The notes below the pieces were generated by a model. It was not told where the DNA came from, did no database searches, and saw nothing but the letters and a program-made list of their open reading frames with translations. The position numbers and the translations under genes were made by a program. DNA of 30,833 nucleotides from Candidatus Hodarchaeum mangrovi (GTDB lineage Archaea > Asgardarchaeota > Heimdallarchaeia > Hodarchaeales > Hodarchaeaceae). The stretch is from contig JAEOUE010000168.1 in NCBI GenBank assembly GCA_016839515.1, positions 1 to 30,833 of the forward strand, read 5' to 3'. Positions 1-8,900 of this stretch are shown here, piece after piece. How positions within the stretch are numbered: position 1 is the stretch's first letter; every line of letters starts with the position of its first letter.

Positions 1-655
1 CAACAAGATCCCAAGTGTTTGCACCATCTTTGGCAATGATGTGCTTCCACGCTGATTGCCGCCAACCGCCACCGATGTACATACAGAGGATGGCCCAATC
101 CGTCTCAACCCAGATTACTTCACCAGTGTTATTGACAGCAGCAGAAAAGTAGGTTCCATTATCAAAGCTTGCATAATGTCGGGCAGGGAGCCAGTCTAAA
201 TATGTCTCATTATATAACCCTTGACCCATGGTAATTGCTGTTGTTGGAGCCTGACCATTAGTGAGGCCTTCATTATTAACTTCAATAGTAAAGCTGGCTG
301 TTGTTGGATGTGTAAGGGTTGATGGTAATTGGAATACAATCTCATCAACAATTCCATCGCCATTAAGGTCATCATTCTGGGTATTTAATGCTGTGCCTCC
401 TGCATCATAAACCACAGCAGTTGCTAATTTTGAATAAGGGAGGGGAAAATCTTTCGCTTTTAGGATAATAGGTGCATATTGCATTATATCTTGGCCATTC
501 GTAGTAATAGTGAAATCAGCGGCCAAATAATTTGCTGTTTCAACTTTTGGAGATGTTCCTACATTAAAGAAAGGAGAAATTCCTACGGATGGACCTAGGA
601 GTAATGTCAACATGGTAACTCCTAAAATAGACAAAAGAAGCTTCTTTTTTCTCAT
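1..655 (-). CDS. Secreted DUF4861-like protein, 3'-truncated by the window edge; paralogue of 985..3234
   Basis: Not in the ORF track because it runs off the edge. My translation from ATG at 655 (AGGTGA RBS 6 nt upstream) is open to base 2: MRKKKLLLSILGVTMLTLLLGPSVG (signal peptide-like)...LNTQNDDLNGDGIVDEIVFQLP...WVETDWAILCMYIGGGWRQSAWKHIIAKDGANTWDLV. The QxDDLxGDGxxDExxF motif resembles the DUF4861 N-terminus. Confidence 0.8.
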   Translation of the reverse strand, partial: MRKKKLLLSILGVTMLTLLLGPSVGISPFFNVGTSPKVETANYLAADFTITTNGQDIMQYAPIILKAKDFPLPYSKLATAVVYDAGGTALNTQNDDLNGDGIVDEIVFQLPSTLTHPTTASFTIEVNNEGLTNGQAPTTAITMGQGLYNETYLDWLPARHYASFDNGTYFSAAVNNTGEVIWVETDWAILCMYIGGGWRQSAWKHIIAKDGANTWDLV

Positions 656-676
656 AATTTTTCACCTAATGTTAGA

Positions 677-732
677 AAATTCTTTTTAAAGAATTTGAAT
701 ACGGGATGAAGGTCCAAAAATTCATCCTGTAT
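677..732. repeat. Two adjacent inverted repeats upstream of the 655 start codon
   Basis: AAATTCTTT-TT-AAAGAATTT (677-696, perfect 9-bp arms) and ATACGGGATGAA-N10-TTCATCCTGTAT (699-732, 11/12 complementary). Confidence 0.6.
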
Positions 733-751
733 AAAATATTGAATTCTCAAG

Positions 752-770
752 ATAATTTTTAAATTTTCTG
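752..770 (-). promoter_or_regulatory. Candidate archaeal BRE/TATA promoter for the 655..<1 gene
   Basis: Minus strand reads CAGAAAATTTAAAAATTAT (purine-rich BRE-like stretch plus TTTAAAAA), about 100 nt upstream of the ATG. The AT-rich background makes this weak evidence. Confidence 0.35.
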
Positions 771-937
771 TAAGTTAATCCTAATTGTTAAAAAGGGTCA
801 CAAGAAAGAGAAAATTAGTATATTAATATGGGTGATTCATAGGGGTTAAAAATGATTACCCATCTGACTGGAAAAAACCTCTTTTAGAAACCTTTCAAGA
901 GTTTTGATCTTTCAAATATTTATTTGATTTACTTTAA

Positions 938-984
938 GCGAAAAAAAGGAAGGAAGGAGGATATAGCAAAAAAGATCCAATATA
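938..984 (-). terminator. Candidate archaeal pyrimidine/oligo-T terminator after 985..3234
   Basis: Minus strand directly after the stop reads TATATTGGATCTTTTTTGCTATATCCTCCTTCCTTCCTTTTTTTCGC, with T6 and T7 tracts in a pyrimidine run. Confidence 0.45.
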
Positions 985-3234
985 CTAGACTTGATCATAT
1001 TTTTGTCGATGCATTGCAGCAGCCCTTAAAGCGACAATGACAGCTACGATAATAATACCTGATATACCAATCAATGGAAGAATACCTTGACCTGGTTGGT
1101 ATTCTAATGCGACAACATAGCTGTAAACTCTAGTAGTATTGGTATTCTGTTGTGGAGAATCGTCAATAGCTGTTATTTTATATTGAATTGTCTTCCCTGG
1201 TTGTTGAGCTGGGATTGATCCGATATAGAGCCCTGATTGGAACTGCATCAACACATTATACCAACTACCATTATTGTATTGCAAAGTTACATTATAGATC
1301 CCACTTTCATCAGTAACTAAGCAAGATACATCAACAATATCAGTTGACCGAATAACTACTGTCGATAAAGGTGATTGGAGGACACTAGAAATTGTTGGAG
1401 GAGTTAGATCAATTGGAGGATCAGAATTTCCATACCAGAATTTTAATGAAGCTTTGCTTGTTCCTACTAAGGTATCGTAACCGAATATTGCTCGTACAGC
1501 ATAAAATTTATCTTCAGTGAGTCCGCTCAAGTCAATCCTTGTTGCTTCCCAATATATTGAATCATTATTCCATTCCAGATCTCCAGATGAAACAACAGTA
1601 CTTGTATCAAAATCAATTATCTCATAAGTGTGTGTAGACGTAATGGAATCGTTGATCGGCCCCAAAGTCGAGATATAGGCAGTTATCTCAGTGATATTAA
1701 TTGTTTCTCCTACCTTGGCCCAAGGAGGTGTAACCTTTGGCTTTGAAACACTAATGTAATCAAATGGCAAAGTCACAGTTTCACTAATATCAAAGATAAT
1801 TTCTGGTTTAGGGCTTGCCCATTTAGAATATTCTTGTTGCATGTAAGTAAGGGCGTTACTAGTTATTGTAACATCGATTGGAAAATATCGTGCTTTAAGT
1901 GGTAGTTCACAAGCATTATAAATAATCTTAATATGTTCTGTAAGCTTTCCATAGGTTAAATTTGTCAAACCTTCTTTTTCAAAGATAATTCCAAAACCAA
2001 GTTTATCTTCGTTTGGTTCAGAAGGAAACATAGTCTCGCCAGGAGCAAGCTTCTCAAGATACCATGGATCTGTTATACTTGCACTTTGAACTGAATATTC
2101 ATTTAGATCATCTGGGGTTCGGTCGAGCCAACCCAATCCTGGAACATAAAATGATTTATATGGACTATACCCCCCTCCAGGGGCAAATTCACGGTTTTGC
2201 AATTCAATCATGAGAATGGGGAAATTTGCTGCATTAACGCCTGTTGTATCTAAGGTATAATCGACATAGGGGACATTAGCAAATACATCATAGGTAACAA
2301 GCCCATATACACCTGGTTTTGTCCCCCAAGGCGATGCTGGCTTCCCATATGGAGGAACTGATTGCATTTGAACTCTTGCCCGAACAGGGCCTGAAATTAA
2401 AGATGATCGACTAGGATCTGGTAAAAAGAAAGGATTTGATCCAGCAGCATCATTCAATTCAATAAATTGTTCAACTGTGGCAAATCGGGCCCATTTCCAT
2501 GACTCCCAAACATCTGGAGGTGGTTTAAATCGTTGTTTAACTGCATCCCATTGTGATTGGCCAGTTTCGTTAAGAATTGAGAGTTCATACATACCACCAC
2601 TAGACCATGCAGCATCAACCATTGCACACATTTGAATCCAGCCATTCTCAAGATAATAGGCTTCAGCTAACATATCAGGACCAAAAGCCTGAATCACATC
2701 ATCAAGCTTTGGATAATCATAAACGAAGCATTTTTCTTCAAAAACAGGTTCAGGGAGATCAGCATCTAAATTGCCTAAGTAGATTGAAAATGTTGCACTT
2801 TCTTCACTAGCAAGTTCTAAATCTTCTGGGAATTGAAAAACTAGTTCATCAGCCGCTGTATAACCAACCTGTGCATCAAGATCATCTACTTGACTAGGAA
2901 TTAATGTATTGTTAAAAATGACATAAGAACTTTGCCATTTTATGTCATCCGCGGATTCTGGGGTATCTAAGCCAAATGGATCGGCAGAACTTGGAAATTC
3001 TTGTGCTAAGGTCGACAAATTAACTACAACAGGTGTAAATTTCGGAATCGAACTCCCTGTAGGAGCTGTAATCTGTAAATCGACCTTATAAAATTTACTT
3101 TGGGACAGACTTTTGGGAGAATTGATTACTTCTCCATGACTATCTAGAACTCCTTTGGCAAAAATATTATTACTAGGAATTAATAAAATAGTAGCTAATA
3201 GGAGTAATAATGTTCTATTAATCCATCTATTCAT
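985..3234 (-). CDS. Cell-surface DUF4861-like protein with signal peptide, C-terminal Ig-like domain and C-terminal TM anchor
   Basis: 749-aa ORF. Signal peptide MNRWINRTLLLLLATILLIP; IPSQVDDLD...ADELVFQF and SGPVRARV motifs reminiscent of DUF4861; DLTPPTIS...VTDESGIYNVTLQY...IQYKITAIDD Ig-like module; hydrophobic C-terminal helix followed by basic residues. Confidence 0.75.
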   Translation of the reverse strand: MNRWINRTLLLLLATILLIPSNNIFAKGVLDSHGEVINSPKSLSQSKFYKVDLQITAPTGSSIPKFTPVVVNLSTLAQEFPSSADPFGLDTPESADDIKWQSSYVIFNNTLIPSQVDDLDAQVGYTAADELVFQFPEDLELASEESATFSIYLGNLDADLPEPVFEEKCFVYDYPKLDDVIQAFGPDMLAEAYYLENGWIQMCAMVDAAWSSGGMYELSILNETGQSQWDAVKQRFKPPPDVWESWKWARFATVEQFIELNDAAGSNPFFLPDPSRSSLISGPVRARVQMQSVPPYGKPASPWGTKPGVYGLVTYDVFANVPYVDYTLDTTGVNAANFPILMIELQNREFAPGGGYSPYKSFYVPGLGWLDRTPDDLNEYSVQSASITDPWYLEKLAPGETMFPSEPNEDKLGFGIIFEKEGLTNLTYGKLTEHIKIIYNACELPLKARYFPIDVTITSNALTYMQQEYSKWASPKPEIIFDISETVTLPFDYISVSKPKVTPPWAKVGETINITEITAYISTLGPINDSITSTHTYEIIDFDTSTVVSSGDLEWNNDSIYWEATRIDLSGLTEDKFYAVRAIFGYDTLVGTSKASLKFWYGNSDPPIDLTPPTISSVLQSPLSTVVIRSTDIVDVSCLVTDESGIYNVTLQYNNGSWYNVLMQFQSGLYIGSIPAQQPGKTIQYKITAIDDSPQQNTNTTRVYSYVVALEYQPGQGILPLIGISGIIIVAVIVALRAAAMHRQKYDQV

Positions 3235-3378
3235 TTTCTATATCATCCTTCAAAATGAAAACTTGTAGAATCCATTAACTTGTACAATATAAAAATTTAT
3301 TTCTCCTGTGGTAATTTTATCTTAAAAACTAGTATTGGAAAGCTTATGATTGGCAATTCCTTTCAAAAGTGAATAATT

Positions 3379-4059
3379 ATGGTTAAATCCTTCACTGACG
3401 ATTTATTGGTACCATTTGCTAAATACTTAGAGAATTATGGGACATGGGATATTTCTTCACAAGGTGCTAGCATCCTTATTCCTCATTCACATTTCCACTT
3501 CGATAAGATATTGTTTTTACCTAAAAGACTTTATTATTCTGCCGATAAAACGTGGAATTTCATCGCATCTGTTCCGATCATCTCTAAAAATCAATTTAAA
3601 CAGAATGATATAAAATTATATCAAAATCTTAAATGTATTGAAGCAGAAGTGAAAAAATTAGGGGTGTTAAAGAAAAAGTTTCGATTTCAGGAGCATTCGA
3701 TTAGTCTAAAACTTCAGGAAGAAATTCCTTCATTTGAAACAAGGTCGTTTCTAACTGAAATTTTAAATGAAGATAGAGATTTGATGCAACTAATGAATAA
3801 TATTTCTCCAGAGAATTTACAAATACAGTTATATTCCCCGAGGATTCAAACTTCTAGTATTAAAGAATATATAAACCAATTTAAAATCTATTATCAGAAT
3901 CCAGAAGAAATAATTTGGAATATAGCCATAGAAAAATACTTAGATTCTATAATTTCTAAAAAAAAGTACACTTTGGTTCTAGATTCTATCATCCAGGCTC
4001 TTGATCTATGTGCCATCCATGTTATTCGTGGTACAAATATTATCAAGAGTAGAATGTAG
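3379..4059 (+). CDS. Hypothetical soluble protein
   Basis: 226-aa ORF filling the gap between two minus-strand genes; AGTGA RBS-like sequence before the ATG; no recognised motif. Confidence 0.7.
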   Translation: MVKSFTDDLLVPFAKYLENYGTWDISSQGASILIPHSHFHFDKILFLPKRLYYSADKTWNFIASVPIISKNQFKQNDIKLYQNLKCIEAEVKKLGVLKKKFRFQEHSISLKLQEEIPSFETRSFLTEILNEDRDLMQLMNNISPENLQIQLYSPRIQTSSIKEYINQFKIYYQNPEEIIWNIAIEKYLDSIISKKKYTLVLDSIIQALDLCAIHVIRGTNIIKSRM

Positions 4060-4073
4060 AGTCGATATATGAT

Positions 4074-5966
4074 TTAAAACGGTAGTGCTATCGTATTCAG
4101 TATTAATGATAAGAATGTCGCTAATGAGATTGTTATTCCTAATCCTGCTCCTAATCCAGCAAGGATTACTGCACGATCAGATTCCCAATCACTCATTCTG
4201 GTTTTAAGAACACGAGCAAATAACGCTCCGAGAAAAGTTAATATAGGATAGGGGATAGCAGTTGTGGTCCCAACAACCAATGAAATTACAGAGATTGGTA
4301 TTGCGGTTCCCCATTCGAATCCATACAAAATCAATACAATAATAAAAGTAATTCCAACTATAAGTGGATTGAATACAACCTGAGGATTGGTTACTAACGT
4401 AACGACTTTCCCTACATCTAAGTTCCAGAAGGGAACTGGATAAATCACAGAAGGTACTTCAGAGATAGATAACAGTGCTGTAACCCAAAAAATTCCAGCC
4501 CCCCACGCTATAAAGGACGCAATAAAATGAGCCTTAATTAAACTCATCCTTTTGGTTTTTGTTAAATCAGCTACTTTAAAAGTTGCAACCCAGCCAGCTC
4601 CTCCTTGAGTAATGACTAGGGGAGCAAACCATATCTCGCCTCCTAAAGGAGCATCTGCTGCTATAAATAATGATTCCTTAAAATAGGGTATTCCAGGTAA
4701 ATTTGCTGTAATTCCAAATGCATAAGCTAGTGCCAATGTTGACAAAAAAGACCAGCCAACAGTTAAGATTATGATTAATAATATCAATCGCATTGGAAGA
4801 TCAGGAATTAAAAATACGACAAGAAAACTTGAACCTAATGTTCCAAGCAAAAAAAATCCAATTAAAACGCTTAAACGAGGCATTTCACCTTCAATATCCT
4901 CCCCTTTTCCTTTGCTTAGCTTTCTTAAATCCCTGATAGTTTTACCAAAAATTCGTGGATCTTTTAAAATTGGAATTAAAGAAGCAGAGATTACTAATCC
5001 CACAGTCCAAGGTAAATAAAATTCTAATTGGGTATAATTATACGTATCCAATAAAGACATCCCGGGTGACCACCGGGGTAACAATCCATTCGCTACCAGA
5101 ATTGGATTCATAATAAGATTTACAAAGATTGATCCTAATAATATGCATACTACAACATTAAATGGAAGAATGAATCCAGTAGCAAATGCCAATATATCGG
5201 TAGCAATACCTAGAGATGCTCCTGGTAAAAATGCTTCAATTGATTCATTAAAATCAAACCATGGTATCGGAATAAAGGTTAATTTTAGAACTAATGGGAA
5301 TGCATAAATTACTACCCCGATAATACTGGCAATTATGGCACTCATTGAAAAAATTTGGAGATGCCGTTGATTTTCCCAGGTAAGTGATTTGGCTGCAGCT
5401 GCATCTACATAAGCAGTAGGAAAAGGGAGTACCTCTACTTTTGTATAAAGATAATTAAATATGAGCCCAAGAGATAAATCAGCAGCTTTAGAAAGTAAAG
5501 AAGTAATGATTAATAACCCTATTGGAATGAAAAAAACGGGGTTGAATAATGACCTTAGTGGGCCAAAATATTCAGGTGCAAACCAATCAGGGATTAATTC
5601 TGTAAGAGAGATTCCATTAATAAGAGCAGATCCAGTTATATCATGATGTCGAAGGTAATAATTAAAGACGACTGCCACAATCATCTCCATTCCAAGAGCA
5701 GTACTTGTTACATTCATCATAATAAATACTTCTTGTTTAGAAAGGGGATTATCGGCCATTTTTGCTAGAACAGCGAATAATACAATTGTAGTATTGAGAA
5801 CAGCCCCAATAAACCAATTATTAGTAACAAAATAAAGATATATAGCTGCTGGTTGCAAAATAAACGCTGAATAAATTATTGCGAGCCATATTCGCCATGT
5901 AAATCCACTTTGATATAGGCTGTCATCTGAAGAATTTGTTATGACATCTGCTTCAATATTCGTCAT
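4074..5966 (-). CDS. OPT (oligopeptide transporter)-like polytopic membrane protein
   Basis: 630 aa, hydrophobic throughout with many predicted TM helices; SGFTWR at the N-terminus, LSKQE, EVLPFP motif typical of OPT-like proteins; AGGAG RBS; 18 nt downstream of the preceding gene. Confidence 0.75.
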   Translation of the reverse strand: MTNIEADVITNSSDDSLYQSGFTWRIWLAIIYSAFILQPAAIYLYFVTNNWFIGAVLNTTIVLFAVLAKMADNPLSKQEVFIMMNVTSTALGMEMIVAVVFNYYLRHHDITGSALINGISLTELIPDWFAPEYFGPLRSLFNPVFFIPIGLLIITSLLSKAADLSLGLIFNYLYTKVEVLPFPTAYVDAAAAKSLTWENQRHLQIFSMSAIIASIIGVVIYAFPLVLKLTFIPIPWFDFNESIEAFLPGASLGIATDILAFATGFILPFNVVVCILLGSIFVNLIMNPILVANGLLPRWSPGMSLLDTYNYTQLEFYLPWTVGLVISASLIPILKDPRIFGKTIRDLRKLSKGKGEDIEGEMPRLSVLIGFFLLGTLGSSFLVVFLIPDLPMRLILLIIILTVGWSFLSTLALAYAFGITANLPGIPYFKESLFIAADAPLGGEIWFAPLVITQGGAGWVATFKVADLTKTKRMSLIKAHFIASFIAWGAGIFWVTALLSISEVPSVIYPVPFWNLDVGKVVTLVTNPQVVFNPLIVGITFIIVLILYGFEWGTAIPISVISLVVGTTTAIPYPILTFLGALFARVLKTRMSDWESDRAVILAGLGAGLGITISLATFLSLILNTIALPF

Positions 5967-5984
5967 TCATAAAACTCCTAAAAT

Positions 5985-8900
5985 CTACTTCAAATGTTTT
6001 CTGAACTGTTCCGCTTTTACCACTTTTTCTTCCTGTGGTAAGCTTCTCCATATTAATAATTGTTTACGAATAGAATCGACAAACCTCCTAACTGAGGATT
6101 CCCAGGCAGAAAGTATTCCTTCTAAACGAACCAGATTTATTTCAAAGGTATAATGATATTTGATTTCATCGAGATATGTAATTAATTCAACAGTTTGTTT
6201 CATGCCCATATCAAAAGGTGCCAGATTTACTGTTGCAGTCAGAGATTTCTTTCGTCCTCCTTCTGATTCAGAAGTATTAATTTTTTGAGCAAAAAATACT
6301 CCTCCAACGCTTTCTGATTCATAAATCAAGAAAAATTCCCGTAAGAATTCTATTATCCCTTCAGCTTCTTGTTCCGTTGCAGCTACAAATGGTAATGAGA
6401 TAGTCCATTTACCTGATTCCTCATCAGGTCTTGTTGATAATTCCCACGCTCTTTTAACCGATGGAACAGACATTTTCGCGGAAATTCGTAGAGGATATAC
6501 CGTACTTAACAAAATTCCAATAATACCAAAACCTAAAGCATTTATAACAGATCCTGACGAATAATTAATTGCTAAAGATTCAGGAAATAGTCCTATTATA
6601 GATAAAACGACTGCTGAAGTAATACCGATCAAATACCCAACTACAGCACCTATCACTGCATATACTAAAAATTCAGCCAAGAATAAACCAGCTATATGAA
6701 AGGGAGCTAGACCTAAAGATGTAAAAATAGAAATTTCTTTTTTAGATTCATAAACTGTAGATATTGAAGTGTTGACCATCAGTAAAATTGCAATGGTTAA
6801 TGGAATAGCTAATTCAACGAATCCCCGACCTAAATCTTGGGTCACACGTCTATGTATACTTACAATTCCATTATTTCCAACACGAATTTCTAAATATCTA
6901 GCATAGGTTGCAGAAATAGTTTCAGCTATTTTAACTGCATTTGTATAGTCACTAAGTACAGATATTGAATATAAAGAAGCTCCAAGGTCTTTTGCTGTAT
7001 CAGCAGAGACAATAACAATTTGATTTCCACTTATATGAACATTTGGGCTTGACGCATGTGTATTACGGGGAGTTATAGATTCACTATCAAATTCTTTTAA
7101 TTCTACAAACCGATCACCATCAATTAATCCTACTACAGTATATTGAGCTCCTGACCATAAAATGGTGTCATTTACATTAATATTTAAAATATCTGCTGCA
7201 GAATTAGGTAGAAGACATTCGGAATTATTATTTCCAGAAAGCCATCTACCTGTAACCAAAAAGTTCTCCACAGGTTGAAAATCTACTTCTAACTCCGACA
7301 AGCCAAGAAGGGCCCACGCCACCCAATATGCACTTAAATCCATTGTTGAAATATTAACATATCCAATAGTAGTCTGAGCAGGTGGATATAACCACCAGTG
7401 GGTAGTAAAATTGCCTATATTGCTATAATCAATTTTTAAATTTTCAAGAAGTTCTTGTGATAATGGTGTTTTCCAATCTTTACTTCTAATATAAACACCA
7501 GTATAAGGTGTTGGAGCTTCAAGGCCTTTTGAATAAACAGAAATTTGAGTGCTAGCAGAAGTAAACAAGGTTAAAGAAAAAGTAATTAGAATAATCCCTG
7601 AAAGTGCAATAATTGTTCTTCCCTTCCTCTTTTTCATCCGTGAAATTCCAGTACTCATTGCTATAAGAATTGTAGAAGTTCTTGAGGTATCCACAAAATG
7701 AGAACCTACAATCTTGACACGTAAACTCTTCAAAAAGTTAAATCCTTCTTGATAGATCATATAAAGCGCGGGAAAAATAAATATAATAGCAACAACACCT
7801 AAGATTATCATTAGAATATTTTTTGAAAGATGTAATCCTGGATGAATTATATAGAAAAAACCTAATGTAATTGAAAATATCGCACCTGTTGATATTATAC
7901 GTTTTACTCCTGTATCAAAGTTAAAAAGCAAAGAAGTCAACGCAAATGAAAAAGGAATTAATAATACAGCAAAAAAGATAGTTGTAGAAGTACCATCTTC
8001 AATAACATTACGAGCTTGTTTAAAAGCATCATAGGATAATGTGTGGAGCTGTTTAATATTAACTAAAGCATGTGAGTAATTATATTGGTTTATTAATTCC
8101 TCTACCTGCGAATAAAGTGTTTTCGCGTTATAGAGAGTCGTATTTACAAGAGCATCATCTATATTATATCTAGTATAAAGATCAACATATGTTTTTGTTA
8201 TTGAGAGTAAATCTTTGGAAGAGATCCAAGCTGATAATCCAAGATTTAGAGTTATTCCTTTTGCAACCTTATATCCACTACCACGTAAAAATTCATCACT
8301 TGAATTAGTGATGTAAACGCCAAGGATTTTATCAGGCAGCTCACCTACTAATATTACTGGGCTATCAGGTTCTAAAAACACTAAGCTTACAGTACCAACT
8401 CCAATATATCCATATGAAAAATACAAACTTCTAGTTTCAGGATCTAAAGCTCTATAGCGTAATGAACCTGCTGAAGGAACCTGTGTATAAGGATGGGTAA
8501 TTCCACCTAAGGTAAGAGTTCCACACTCAAAAATAATTGGATTTATTGTGATTCTACTATTTGTTAATTTTCCTGTATTTTTAAATTGCTTTCCATGTTG
8601 ACCCAAGTTATTTGCTTTAATTAATTGACCAGAATCATCAAAACAATATGCTTCTACAATGAAATCAAGAGGGTAATCAGGTTGGGAAGATGCAACTCCT
8701 CGAATTTGGTAATAACCATTATAATCAGCTTGTGTATAAAAACAAAATTCTTCAGGTACCCCTTTTCGAAGTTCCATATAAGTGACTCTAATAAGTGCGT
8801 TTGGAACATTCTCTAACCAAGCAGTTGTTTCATTATACTCTTTAACATTCCCATGGATAGAAGCAAAACCTACGTGAAATTGATGTTTCAAGCTGAAAGT

